DNA of 64,000 nt from an uncultured Candidatus Micrarchaeota archaeon (GTDB lineage: Archaea; Micrarchaeota; Micrarchaeia; Anstonellales; Bilamarchaeaceae), in NCBI GenBank assembly GCA_963714085.1, contig OY970229.1:632392-696391 (forward strand), written 5' to 3'. Positions 1-8,932 of the stretch are shown here, in pieces. The notes under the pieces are model-generated. The model was given only the letters and a program-made list of their open reading frames with translations, had not been told where the DNA came from and did not search any database. A program made the translations under genes and the position numbers. Each line of letters begins with the position of its first letter. The stretch's first letter is position 1.

Positions 1-385
1 CGAGGTAATCATGCAATATCTTCGCCGCTGGCTCGGGCTTGTCAACGACCATGGAGAGCATGGTTGTCTTGCCGTCCCGGCTCACCATGTTCACCTTGTC
101 GATATGGATGCCTTCCTGCGCCAGCATGCTGGCCAGCCGGTTGAACTCGCCGGGCTTGTCGTCAAGCCGTATCATGACGCAGTTGTCGTCGGCGACCTTG
201 TAGCCTGCCTTCCCGAGCGCCGATTTGGCGCGCTCCGAATCTGCCACCACGAGCCCGACTATGGCCTTCTTGCCCACCACATCGAAATGCAGGGCCTCTA
301 TGTTTATGTCCTTCTTCGCCAAGGCGTAGGATATCTCGGCGAGAAGCCCCACCTTGTCCTCTGAAACCACCGTTATCTGCTTCAT
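1..385 (-). CDS. ACT-domain protein (tandem ACT), partial; runs off the window start
   Basis: Manual minus-strand translation from ATG (comp. 383-385): MKQITVVSEDKVGLLAEISYALAKKDINIEAL...IRLDDKPGEFNRLASMLAQEGIHIDKV. This gives two ACT-like beta-alpha-beta-beta-alpha-beta repeats. No stop occurs before position 1. The ORF is absent from the track because it is open-ended. Confidence 0.7.
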   Translation of the reverse strand, partial: MKQITVVSEDKVGLLAEISYALAKKDINIEALHFDVVGKKAIVGLVVADSERAKSALGKAGYKVADDNCVMIRLDDKPGEFNRLASMLAQEGIHIDKVNMVSRDGKTTMLSMVVDKPEPAAKILHDYL

Positions 386-404
386 CCCATCCCCCCCTTG
401 CAGA

Positions 405-722
405 TTATAGACGATAGAGCTGGATATGCGGCGTTTTATTTATATACATAACGTCGGACTGCCTGGCCAGGCCCGCCGCCAAAGCGGCTGCGACCGCCCT
501 TGGGCCGACCAGGTTCGCCGAGCTGAAACCGGCGAGCGAGCGCCCGAGCTCGTCGGCAGACACGAGCTCTCCCTCGTAGAAGCTTCGGTATGCCTTCAGA
601 TCGAGACAGGCCCTGCCGTCGTCAAGCACGGAACCGAGCAGCTCCCGGTCGCATGCCGCGACGATCTTCCCCTGGCGGGTGTCGTGTATCTTCAGGTACA
701 TCGTTTCCATGTGCACCGCCAA
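405..722 (-). CDS. DUF424-family archaeal protein
   Basis: 105 aa. MYLKIH..GKIVAACDRELLG...FYEGE..VS..E pattern typical of the archaeal DUF424 family. Confidence 0.65.
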   Translation of the reverse strand: MAVHMETMYLKIHDTRQGKIVAACDRELLGSVLDDGRACLDLKAYRSFYEGELVSADELGRSLAGFSSANLVGPRAVAAALAAGLARQSDVMYINKTPHIQLYRL

Positions 723-738
723 CGATTAAAAACATGAC

Positions 739-1404
739 TCACAGAATCCCGGCCGCGGAATTCAGTATGAGCACGCCGAACATGACCACGAACATGACGA
801 ACACGAGGATGTTCGCCAGCTTGACGAGGCCTATGACGTCGGATATGGACTGCTTCGCATCCGCGAGGCTGGCACGTTCGTTCGCGATGTCCGCATTTAT
901 GGAGTCCACGGACGCCTTCAGCCCGGTCAGGTTGCCCCAATGGTCCGCCAGGCTGCCGGCCTGCTGCAGCTGTTGCGCCCCCTGGATGATCTGATCCCCG
1001 GAGGAGGTGAGTTGCGCCCCGTACTGGCTCATCCCGGGGATGATGGTGATCTGTGAGATTGATGCGCCGAATTGCTGCATGGTGAGGCCTGTCCCGTTCA
1101 TGCCTTCGGATAGCGAATTCACGGAGCTGTTGATGTCGGCGAAGGTCGCGTTCATGGAGCCAATCTCGGAGTCGAGCGAGGACACCGTTTGGCCGGTGTC
1201 GTCGAGCAGCGCGGATATGCCGTCGATGTTCGTGTTTATGGACGTCTGCATCTTGTCGAGGGCGTCGTTTATCACGAAGGCCAGCACCAACGCTATGAGT
1301 ATGCCTAACCCGCTGAGCGCCATGCCCACTGCGTAGGTCGGCTTCTTGAGGTGGCTGAGGCGGAATCCGTCTTCTTCCTCAGGGTCGCTTCCTTTTTTTG
1401 GCAT
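739..1404 (-). CDS. Membrane protein with N- and C-terminal TM helices and a long helical/coiled middle; unknown function
   Basis: 221 aa. Hydrophobic stretches GMALSGLGILIALVLAFVI and ANILVFVMFVVMFGVLILNSAAGIL. S/N/Q-rich helical core. Confidence 0.55.
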   Translation of the reverse strand: MPKKGSDPEEEDGFRLSHLKKPTYAVGMALSGLGILIALVLAFVINDALDKMQTSINTNIDGISALLDDTGQTVSSLDSEIGSMNATFADINSSVNSLSEGMNGTGLTMQQFGASISQITIIPGMSQYGAQLTSSGDQIIQGAQQLQQAGSLADHWGNLTGLKASVDSINADIANERASLADAKQSISDVIGLVKLANILVFVMFVVMFGVLILNSAAGIL

Positions 1405-1454
1405 GGGGAAGCTCCGGTTTCATAATTTAAAAAACATGCAGTAGAAAGGGAGTC

Positions 1455-2030
1455 ATGCGGTTCATGCTCGCACTGGCCATAGCCGCCATGCTCCTGGCGA
1501 TAACCGGCTGCGTATCCCCCGGGGCAGAGGCGCCAGCCGTGAACTCCACTGTTCCTGCGAATCTTTCGCCTCAGACCACGAACCCGAACAGCACGGCTCC
1601 GGAAAACATGACAGCAAACCTTACCGTGCAGTCCAATGCCACGAATGCTTCTGGAAATCCTACCGCCAACCTCACCGTGCCTACGAATGCCGGCGCCGTG
1701 CAAAACGTGAGCTCTAACGTGACCGTGCCTGCCAATGCTACCAGCCCGGTGGAGAGCAATGCCACTCGGAACGCCAGCGGGACCGTTTTTGGTGATGGGG
1801 AGTACTCCATCTACGTGGATGACCTGTCGACCGCGACCGGACAGGTCTGCGCGCTGCTGAGCGTCCATTACGCATCGAACGATTCGATCATAACGAAACT
1901 GGAGATATGCCCCGGGGAATCGGAGAACTGGGTAGATCCCGGAGGCCGGGTTTTCAGGATTGTGGTCCTGAAAACCGCGGCAGGCTACTCCGGTAGCACG
2001 GGTTGGGCGCAGGTGGAGATCTTCGGCTGA
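1455..2030 (+). CDS. Secreted putative lipoprotein, rich in N-glycosylation sequons
   Basis: Signal peptide ending in the lipobox-like LAITGC. N-terminal half is a run of N-x-S/T sequons (NST, NLS, NMT, NLT, NAT, NAS, NVS, NVT...). TATA-like ataatttaaaaaa about 30 nt upstream. Confidence 0.6.
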   Translation: MRFMLALAIAAMLLAITGCVSPGAEAPAVNSTVPANLSPQTTNPNSTAPENMTANLTVQSNATNASGNPTANLTVPTNAGAVQNVSSNVTVPANATSPVESNATRNASGTVFGDGEYSIYVDDLSTATGQVCALLSVHYASNDSIITKLEICPGESENWVDPGGRVFRIVVLKTAAGYSGSTGWAQVEIFG

Positions 2031-2052
2031 TGGGCTAGGGGAAACCCAGCGC

Positions 2053-2406
2053 CTACTTTTTCTCTCTGCTTGCCGCCTTCCCGGCTTCGCCTTTCTCCTC
2101 CCGACTCTCCTGAGATTTGGCGAACATGACTGGCACGAGCGATATTATCACGTAGAACAGGACGGCCAGGACCACCAGGTTTATCGCTCCTGAGACGAGG
2201 CCGCTGCTCCCGAACGACCCTCCTGCCATGGCACCCCTGCCGGCCGCTCCTGCGTACTGGCTGGCGGCTCCGGCGTACTGGTCCGCGCTCCTCGGAACGA
2301 TGAGTCCCGAGACGATCCTCGAGACGAACCCGCCCACGTAGCTCGCGGCGAGAAGGAGGACGGTCCCCACTACGTTGCTTTTATTCGGTTTCAGAGCTGA
2401 TAACAT
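2053..2406 (-). CDS. Small two-TM membrane protein with G/A-rich loop and K/E-rich tail
   Basis: 117 aa. Hydrophobic segments VVGTVLLLAASYVGGFV and INLVVLAVLFYVIISLVPVMF. Confidence 0.45.
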   Translation of the reverse strand: MLSALKPNKSNVVGTVLLLAASYVGGFVSRIVSGLIVPRSADQYAGAASQYAGAAGRGAMAGGSFGSSGLVSGAINLVVLAVLFYVIISLVPVMFAKSQESREEKGEAGKAASREKK

Positions 2407-2460
2407 CCAAACACCCCTTGTTTTTATTCATTTAACGAAAGCGGATGCGCCCCCATGCGG

Positions 2461-3021
2461 CTAATCATTTGAGGTGATCTGCGGGTTGCCGCGATGGGGG
2501 TGGTGCATCCTGCCTGCGAAACCCATTCCGGCACCCATGCCGGAGATGGACCGGTTCCCGATGCCGAGCTCCTGGTCCAGCTTCAGGGCCAGGTTGCTCA
2601 TGTCGGAATAGTCAGCGAATGTGGTCTCGTTCAGCTTCCCGAACAGCGGACCGCCCAGCCCGTACTGCGTGTGGAGCTGCTCCGCGGTCTGGTAGTCCCC
2701 GTTCAGGACCGCCTGCTGGAAGTCGCTTATTTCGGTGGCGTTGGCATGCTGCGTGGCGTTCGTAGCGCCCCAAGTGCCGTTCTGGAAGGATTGGTTGACG
2801 CCATAGCGGCCGAATCCGCCCCGCATGCCGCGCATCGGACCGCACCCATTCCATGTGCCGTTCTGCATCGAACCGTTGCGGCCCTGCCAGGCACCATTCT
2901 GAATCGAAGCGTTGTGATTCAGCCAGCTATTCAATCCCGCATGCAGGCCGGGCATCGCGTAAACCACTCCTACGAAAGCGAGAGAGGCCACCAACACGAT
3001 TGCCAATATCTTCATGTCCAT
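2461..3021 (-). CDS. Secreted protein with QNG(A/T)W repeats and a His-rich C-terminus
   Basis: Signal peptide MDMKILAIVLVASLAFVGVVYA. Repeats QNGAWQGRNGSMQNGTWNG...FQNGTWGATNAT. C-terminal GRMHHPHRGN. Confidence 0.55.
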   Translation of the reverse strand: MDMKILAIVLVASLAFVGVVYAMPGLHAGLNSWLNHNASIQNGAWQGRNGSMQNGTWNGCGPMRGMRGGFGRYGVNQSFQNGTWGATNATQHANATEISDFQQAVLNGDYQTAEQLHTQYGLGGPLFGKLNETTFADYSDMSNLALKLDQELGIGNRSISGMGAGMGFAGRMHHPHRGNPQITSND

Positions 3022-3065
3022 AATCCCACCTTATTGAAACTCTAATGTAACCTTAAAGTAGCTTC

Positions 3066-3075
3066 AATTTAAAAA
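3066..3075 (+). promoter_or_regulatory. TATA-like box for the ABC transporter operon
   Basis: aatttaaaaa lies about 27 nt upstream of ATG 3098. This supports a leaderless-type start at 3098 rather than the TTG at 3080. Confidence 0.5.
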
Positions 3076-3097
3076 GCTTTTGTTCGAACAAAGGACC

Positions 3098-4099
3098 ATG
3101 GAATACGCCGTCAGCGTGAAAAAGCTCTCGAAAAAATACGGGGATTTCCTCGCCCTGGACAAAGTGGACCTGGACGTCGAGGCGGGAGAGCTCTTCGCGC
3201 TGCTGGGGCCCAACGGAGCCGGCAAGACGACGCTCATGCGCATACTCACCACCCAGCTCGAGCCCAGCGGCGGGGAGGCGTTCGTGCTCGGCAAGAACGT
3301 GGTCAGCCAAGGCGCGGATGTCAGGCGCCTCGTGAGCTATGTGCCGCAGGAGATGAGCGTGTGGACGGAAATCAGCGGCTATGAGAACCTGCTCATCTAT
3401 TCGAAGATATACGGGGTGCCGGCGTCTGATAGGAAGAAACTCATAGCTGATGCCCTCGCGCTCATGGAACTGGAGGATGTGGCGAACCATCTAGTCAGCA
3501 CGTACTCCGGCGGAATGATACGCAAGCTCGAGCTCGCATCGGCCACCATGATAAATCCCGGCATGCTTTTCCTGGACGAGCCGACCATCGGGCTCGACCC
3601 GTCCACAAGGAAGACTGTATGGGAGAGGCTCAAGACCCTGAACCGGGAGCGCGGGATCAACGTGTTTTTCAGCACCCATTATATGGACGAGGCCGGGACC
3701 TACGCGGACAAGATAGGGATAATCAACCGCGGGAGGGTGGTCACGGTCGCTTCGCCCGAGGACCTCAAGCGCTCGGTGGGCGACGACAGCATAGAGATAG
3801 AAACGGATATCCCGCTGAGCAAGCGGGCGCTGGACGACCTGAGGGCGCTCGACGGCATCAGCAAGGCGGAAGCCGAAGGCAACACGCTCAGGGTGATGGC
3901 CAAGGACAGCGCCCTTTCCCTCAACTCCATAATCTCCGCGCTCATCGCTGACAAAGTCAATGTGCACAGGGTGAACGCTTCGAAGCCGACCATAGACGAC
4001 GCATTCCTGAAATACGCCGGCACCAAGGACATGGAGGGCGGGCAGCGGGGCTCCCTCGCGGAGCTCAAGAGCACGAGAAGGAGGATAGTGAGGGGCTGA
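3098..4099 (+). CDS. ABC transporter ATP-binding protein (ABC-2/DrrA-like)
   Basis: Walker A GPNGAGKTT, signature YSGGMIRKLELA, Walker B LLFLDEPTIGLD, H-loop STHYMDEA. Confidence 0.9.
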   Translation: MEYAVSVKKLSKKYGDFLALDKVDLDVEAGELFALLGPNGAGKTTLMRILTTQLEPSGGEAFVLGKNVVSQGADVRRLVSYVPQEMSVWTEISGYENLLIYSKIYGVPASDRKKLIADALALMELEDVANHLVSTYSGGMIRKLELASATMINPGMLFLDEPTIGLDPSTRKTVWERLKTLNRERGINVFFSTHYMDEAGTYADKIGIINRGRVVTVASPEDLKRSVGDDSIEIETDIPLSKRALDDLRALDGISKAEAEGNTLRVMAKDSALSLNSIISALIADKVNVHRVNASKPTIDDAFLKYAGTKDMEGGQRGSLAELKSTRRRIVRG

Positions 4100-4101
4100 G
4101 C

Positions 4102-4866
4102 ATGAGGGATACCATACGCATAATCCTTTCCATGATAGAACTCGAGGTCAGGAGGCTCCTCCACGACCAGACCGAGATATGCCTCAGGGCGGTACAGCCC
4201 CTGCTCTGGCTGCTGATCTTCGGGCACGTGGTCGGTTCGCTAAACACCATCCCGACCGGCAATATCCCATACACGGATTACATAATGCCCGGCGTGCTGA
4301 TACAATCCACAACAACCATCGCCATATTCTTCGGGCTGATAATAATATGGGAGCGCGAATCCGGCATACTCAAGAAGCTGGTCGCCTCGCCATCACCCAA
4401 ATTCGCCATAGTCGCGGGCAGGTCCATGGCAGCCGGTACGCGGGCGATGTTCCAGGCGGTGTTCATCGTGCCGTTCGCCATATTGATCGGCGTGAGCGTC
4501 CTTCTGAACCCCATCTACCTCTTAGGGGCCGCGGCAGTGGTCTTCATCGCGTCCAGCGGGTTCGCGGCGCTTTCAATACTCATAGCGTCCATACTCAAAT
4601 CCAGGGAGCGCTTCATGGGCCTAGGCCAGGTGATAATACTGCCCATGTTCTTCGCGAGCAGCGCCCTCTACCCGATATCTTCTATGCCGCCGCTCCTCCA
4701 GACGCTGGCGCATCTGAACCCCATGACTTACATGGTGGACGCCTGCAGGGGGCTGCTCATAACGGGCAACCTGTCCGGGCTGGGTACCGACATGCTGGTC
4801 ATCCTCGTTTTCGACGCGGTTTTGATCGGGCTCGCCACTGTGAGCTTCAAGAGGATAATAGAATAG
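4102..4866 (+). CDS. ABC-2 type transporter permease
   Basis: 254 aa with six predicted TM segments. Immediately follows the ATPase (2-nt gap). ABC-2-like topology. Confidence 0.85.
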   Translation: MRDTIRIILSMIELEVRRLLHDQTEICLRAVQPLLWLLIFGHVVGSLNTIPTGNIPYTDYIMPGVLIQSTTTIAIFFGLIIIWERESGILKKLVASPSPKFAIVAGRSMAAGTRAMFQAVFIVPFAILIGVSVLLNPIYLLGAAAVVFIASSGFAALSILIASILKSRERFMGLGQVIILPMFFASSALYPISSMPPLLQTLAHLNPMTYMVDACRGLLITGNLSGLGTDMLVILVFDAVLIGLATVSFKRIIE

Positions 4867-4917
4867 GCGGGACGTTCGATGGTTTATAAAACTAAGCGAC
4901 AAACAACATATCCATCC

Positions 4918-5044
4918 GCAGGAGTAGCGAAGCGGTCAAACGCGCCAGACTCAAGATCTGTTTGACTCCGTGTTCCCGTTTCAATCGGGAGATGGGAAAT
5001 CTGCTGGCCTAGCGCCTTCGAAGGTTCAAATCCTTCCTCCTGCA
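4918..5044 (+). tRNA. tRNA-Leu (anticodon CAA, 4952-4954) with an intron of about 43 nt in the anticodon arm
   Basis: Acceptor GCAGGAG/CTCCTGC. D arm GCG-AAGCGGTCAAA-CGC. Anticodon loop CTCAAGA. Long variable arm. T arm GAAGG-TTCAAAT-CCTTC. Discriminator A. Intron about 4956-4998, but the junction is ambiguous because ATCTG occurs on both sides. Confidence 0.8.
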
Positions 5045-5045
5045 T
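5033..5045 (+). repeat. Left copy of a 13-bp direct repeat (tRNA-Leu 3' end, att-like)
   Basis: cttcctcctgcat at 5033-5045 is repeated exactly at 5934-5946. Confidence 0.6.
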
Positions 5046-5126
5046 CATCATTTTGGTTCGGGATTGTAGCCATTGGGCAGAATTCTGCCCAAAGGGGCAC
5101 GGACCTAAAAATAGACATTCATACTC

Positions 5127-5738
5127 TTAATTCATGTACTGCGATTGCCACTTTATAAATTCCGTAAATTTATCTTCCGGAAGAAATTTTCTTGCATATG
5201 CTGTGTGTAACTGTACTGCTTTATTATGGGCCTCGTCTAGTGAGAACTGGTCTGCAAAAACAAATTCCGCTTCTTTTAATTCGTGGAAAAATACTATGTC
5301 TCGAAAATCTTTAGGTACTCCTTCCCACACCCAAATAGAAAGGCTTTGACCCCTACCAGTATCGCTTGTAATTCTGTATAATCCTGGATTGTCTTGATTA
5401 ACTAATCTGCCTTCGGTGTGTTCTAAACTTCTATAAATTTTATATGGAATTCTTCCATAACGCATAAACCCTTTCGGATTTTCAAAAGTAGGCAATCTTT
5501 CAATATTTTCTTCAGTACTGCCCATATGATCCACCATGGGACGTTCTGTCTTAGTGCAATGACGTTTCTCTGATGCGTGGACTTTTCGATTTTTCAGTTG
5601 GTCGTCCATATACTTTGGCATAAAAGTTATTATGTCAATAAATGTTTTTAAATGTATGTAATAATTCTCGACGGACCGGCAAAACACCTCTCGGTCTCTC
5701 GTTACCCTTGTACTCGCCTTGATTGGCTCACCTTTCAC
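5127..5738 (-). CDS. Hypothetical protein encoded in the AT-rich islet
   Basis: 203-aa ORF in a region of clearly lower GC than its flanks. No family recognised. An internal Met (MPKYMDD) is an alternative start. Confidence 0.45.
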   Translation of the reverse strand: MKGEPIKASTRVTRDREVFCRSVENYYIHLKTFIDIITFMPKYMDDQLKNRKVHASEKRHCTKTERPMVDHMGSTEENIERLPTFENPKGFMRYGRIPYKIYRSLEHTEGRLVNQDNPGLYRITSDTGRGQSLSIWVWEGVPKDFRDIVFFHELKEAEFVFADQFSLDEAHNKAVQLHTAYARKFLPEDKFTEFIKWQSQYMN

Positions 5739-5933
5739 TCAGTAAAAAACAGCTGAATTTTAGAAAAACTGGCAAGACCTAGCTTTATATGCGTCTCTCA
5801 TCAGAGTGGTCCTCGGTTGTGAGGTCAGGGAGTTTCCTAAGACTCGAACCTGAGGTTCAATGCAGTTCGTGAGAGTCGAACCAAAAGGTTCGGGACAGTA
5901 AATCGGTTCTGTTCCGAGTCCTGGTCTCGGCAT

Positions 5934-5946
5934 CTTCCTCCTGCAT
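5934..5946 (+). repeat. Right copy of the 13-bp direct repeat (att-like)
   Basis: cttcctcctgcat, identical to the tRNA-Leu 3' end. It sits at the point where base composition returns to high GC. Confidence 0.6.
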
Positions 5947-6048
5947 TCCGATTCCCCGGACCGCGTCGCTTCGAGGCACGGGCCATGAGCGATGCGAGGC
6001 TTTTAGATAGCATAGCGCATCAAGAATGATTGGCAGAGGGAAGAGACA

Positions 6049-6237
6049 ATGAAGAAGGATTCGTTAGCCAATCTCGCGATGGATACCCTCATAGTCCTGG
6101 CAGGGTTCGCCATCGCCATGGTCGCGGCCGGGGAGTTCTTCGTCAACAGGGATCCGGCCGTTCTGGTGGTTTTCCTTTTCGGATTCATAGTCGTCTGCTT
6201 CGGGATGGGTAGGCGGATGGCGGCCAGATGGTACTAG
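6049..6237 (+). CDS. Small two-TM membrane protein (hypothetical)
   Basis: 62 aa with hydrophobic LIVLAGFAIAMVAAG and VLVVFLFGFIVVCFG. No homology recognised. Confidence 0.35.
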   Translation: MKKDSLANLAMDTLIVLAGFAIAMVAAGEFFVNRDPAVLVVFLFGFIVVCFGMGRRMAARWY

Positions 6238-6316
6238 AAGGTGCTGATTCATCTCCGGCCAGCGGAGGACTCTGCCTGCGGCAATATTATAAAAACGAAC
6301 ACCCCAACAGCCATCC

Positions 6317-6889
6317 ATGGAAAAGCTCGACATAGACAAAAAGACCACGGCGCTCGTGGTGATAGACCTGCAGAAGGGGATAGTCGCGAGGACCACGGTA
6401 CCGCACGACACGAAAACGGTCGTCGCCAACGCTGCTAAACTCGTCAACGCCTTCAGGGCGAACGGCATGCCAGTCTTCCTGGTCCACGTATCCTCCTCTG
6501 GGCCGGAGCGGCTCAACCCTGTGACCGACGAGAAATGGACCATGCCGGCCGGAATGCCGAAAGACTGGAACGAGTTCGTGGACGAGATGAGGCCGAAGGA
6601 ATCCGACATAGTGATTACGAAGAAACAATGGGGCGCGTTCTACGGCACGGATCTGGACCTCCAGCTCAGGAGGAGGGGCATGCGCACCATCATCCTCTGC
6701 GGCATAGCGACCAACTACGGGGTGGAGAGCACCGCCCGTTTCGCCTACGAGTATGGCTACCAGCAGCTGTTCCCGGAGGATGCGATGTCTGCGATGTCCG
6801 AGGAAGCCCACAGGGCATCAGTCAATTTCGTCTTAAAGAGGATGGGGAGGGTGAGGACCACGGATGAGATAATCCGGGCCCTGGGATAG
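6317..6889 (+). CDS. Isochorismatase-family cysteine hydrolase
   Basis: TALVVIDLQKG, ITKKQWGAFYGTDLDLQLRRRGMRTIILCGIATNYGVEST: Asp-Lys-Cys catalytic pattern of the isochorismatase/nicotinamidase fold. Confidence 0.85.
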   Translation: MEKLDIDKKTTALVVIDLQKGIVARTTVPHDTKTVVANAAKLVNAFRANGMPVFLVHVSSSGPERLNPVTDEKWTMPAGMPKDWNEFVDEMRPKESDIVITKKQWGAFYGTDLDLQLRRRGMRTIILCGIATNYGVESTARFAYEYGYQQLFPEDAMSAMSEEAHRASVNFVLKRMGRVRTTDEIIRALG

Positions 6890-6954
6890 GCTCCTTGTTT
6901 CCCTGACCCTGGGATCCAGCCAATGTTTATAACGCCCGCGCGCGAGAAGCATCC

Positions 6955-8445
6955 ATGCTCGCGTCCGTAAACAGGGTATTCGTGGCTGTCCTCGTCGCGC
7001 TTGCGCTCTGCGGCATAGGCATGAGCCTGCTCGTCATAGCCACGGATTTCCTCGGCGCAGAAACGGAGAGCGGCTTCAGCTCGATGCAGCTGAGCACCGC
7101 GGTCTCGATCGCCACCGTCCTGCCGTCCGCGCAGCCAGCCGACTCCCCTTACAACCTGAACATCACCGTGCTCACTCCCAGATTGGAACGCGGGGACCGG
7201 GTGAGCCTTGAGGCGTATTCCGGAGGGAAGCTGGAGACGGAGAGTGACTGCATCAACGACTCCGGCTATGAGACGGACGCTTATGTCGGCATGACGAACA
7301 TATCCTGCGGACTCGGGCTCCCCTACGGCTACAACAGCAGCCAGGAGTTCGACATCTACGCGCTGGTCCACGGTGCGAAAGGCGACATGTATTCCGGCCC
7401 CTATCGCATGCACGTCGGATGGTCCGCATACGAGCAGAACCTGGAGAGGGCCACCGTGCTCATGCTGGCCATCGTGTGCTGCGCGTACCTGCTGCTCGTG
7501 TTCCCGGTCGCCTTCCTGCTCTTCGACCAGGGCATGAAGACGGAACACCCGGGGGCGTGGGAAGGCGAGTACACGCTCGAGTCCCTGTTCCACCCGTTCA
7601 AGGGCGGCGCCACGATGCTCCAGAAATTCGAGTCGTTCCTGGTGTCCCCCTACTTCTGGGGTCTCGAGGTCGTCGGCGTAGTGGTCCTGCTGTTTTATCT
7701 CTTCGTCTCTGCGGATGCCTGGAGGAGCGTCCCGGTCTTCGCCTCGTTCGTCCTTTCCGGGCTCATCGCATTCGTCGTCCCGTTCCTCTGGTGCGCGGCA
7801 TTCTGGTACGCGGATTTCAGGAGGCGCGCGCCGCTGCGCATGATGATGACGTTCTTCCTGTGGGGCTGCATGGCGGCTCTCATGGCCGTGGGCATAAACA
7901 CCTTCTGGGGCGCGGCGTTCGAGCTCCTGGGCCTGGGCTCCATCGGCGCCGTGGTGGTCGCCCCGTTCACGGAGGAGCTTTTCAAAGGCAGCGGGCTCGC
8001 CCTGCTCTCCGAGCACAACGACTACAGCTCCGTCGAGGCCGGCCTGGTGTTCGGGTTCGCAATAGGCATGGGATTCTCGTTCATAGAGAACTGGATGTAC
8101 CTCCTAAGCAATCCATTCAGCGCGGACATCTGGGGCTGGCTCGCCGTGTTCCTGCTGCGCTCCGTGCTGTTCTCGGCGGACCACGGGGTGTACACCGCCA
8201 TAACCGGAGGCATCATCGGGCTTCTCAAGGAAAGGAGGTACGCGGCTCCGGCCCTCGGCCTCGTACCCGGGGTGCTCATCGCGTCCGTGCTCCACGCAAT
8301 CCACAACTCCGGCGCGCCCCTAGCGGACATGTTCGGCCTTGGCGGCAGCCTCGCCTATTTCTGCATACTCCTTCCGCTGGTGGATTACGGAGCGCTCCTC
8401 CTGCTGCTTGCCATCTTCGCATGGGCGGTGCTCAGGAAAAAATAG
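6955..8445 (+). CDS. PrsW-family intramembrane metalloprotease with a ~170-aa N-terminal extracytoplasmic domain
   Basis: C-terminal multi-TM region with FTEELFKGSG (EExxK), FSADHGVYTAITGG and SVLHAIHNS (HxxxN) motifs. Confidence 0.75.
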   Translation: MLASVNRVFVAVLVALALCGIGMSLLVIATDFLGAETESGFSSMQLSTAVSIATVLPSAQPADSPYNLNITVLTPRLERGDRVSLEAYSGGKLETESDCINDSGYETDAYVGMTNISCGLGLPYGYNSSQEFDIYALVHGAKGDMYSGPYRMHVGWSAYEQNLERATVLMLAIVCCAYLLLVFPVAFLLFDQGMKTEHPGAWEGEYTLESLFHPFKGGATMLQKFESFLVSPYFWGLEVVGVVVLLFYLFVSADAWRSVPVFASFVLSGLIAFVVPFLWCAAFWYADFRRRAPLRMMMTFFLWGCMAALMAVGINTFWGAAFELLGLGSIGAVVVAPFTEELFKGSGLALLSEHNDYSSVEAGLVFGFAIGMGFSFIENWMYLLSNPFSADIWGWLAVFLLRSVLFSADHGVYTAITGGIIGLLKERRYAAPALGLVPGVLIASVLHAIHNSGAPLADMFGLGGSLAYFCILLPLVDYGALLLLLAIFAWAVLRKK

Positions 8446-8485
8446 GGGCTTGCCCATACTATTTAAGTATAAGGTGCGCCATAAT

Positions 8486-8914
8486 ATGGATATGTCAGGA
8501 TGCATATTTTGCGCTATAATCAAGGGAGAATCGGCGGCTGTCAAGGTCTACGAGGACGAGAAGACGCTGGTGATAATGGATAGGAAGCCGATAACAAACG
8601 GCCATCTGCTGGTCATACCGAAGAAGCACGCCGAGTTCCTCACGGAGCTGGACGACGAGCGGGTGGGCGAGATGTTCAAGGTGGCCAAGAAGATGTCGCT
8701 TGCGCTCAAGAAATCGAAGCTCAGGTGCAAGGGGATGAACTACCTTCTTGCCGACGGCGCTGAGGCCGGGCAGGAGGTCTTCCACGTGCACCTCCATCTC
8801 ATACCCAGATACAGGGGAGACGGGTTCTACATGCACATGCCCCCGAAGTACGAGAACGAGACGAGCACCGAGGACCTTGAAAGGGTCGCGGCCAAGATAG
8901 AGACCATGTTCTGA
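8486..8914 (+). CDS. HIT-family nucleotide hydrolase/transferase
   Basis: CIFCAII..., NGHLLVIPKKH, and histidine triad HVHLHLIP. Start chosen at ATG 8486 (MDMSGC); the upstream extension in the ORF track is not protein-like. Confidence 0.9.
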   Translation: MDMSGCIFCAIIKGESAAVKVYEDEKTLVIMDRKPITNGHLLVIPKKHAEFLTELDDERVGEMFKVAKKMSLALKKSKLRCKGMNYLLADGAEAGQEVFHVHLHLIPRYRGDGFYMHMPPKYENETSTEDLERVAAKIETMF

Positions 8915-8932
8915 GCGGCTCAACCAGCACGC

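Noticed and set aside
4970-5158. 62-aa ORF overlapping the tRNA-Leu 3' half.
   Set aside because: It lies within the tRNA gene and its flank and has no coding features.
5790-5933. tRNA-like fragments and hairpins (gactcgaacc, gagtcgaacc-aaaa-ggttcggg, ccgag-tcctggt-ctcgg) just inside the right repeat of the AT-rich islet. I considered a second tRNA or a partial tRNA duplication.
   Set aside because: I could not fold any segment into a complete cloverleaf with matching acceptor stems. It is reported only as part of the islet finding.
6757-8016. 419-aa minus-strand ORF and other alternate-frame ORFs over the PrsW gene. Similar cases occur at 13410-14768 (over copA), 25481-26893 (over herA), 22382-23881 (over the methyltransferase and RNase HI), 28115-29308 (over elp3), 46312-47352 and 47327-48241 (over the 1133-aa gene), and 19733-20707 (over the radical SAM gene).
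   Set aside because: All overlap genes with clear family motifs on the other strand or frame. They show low-complexity, GC-frame-shadow composition.
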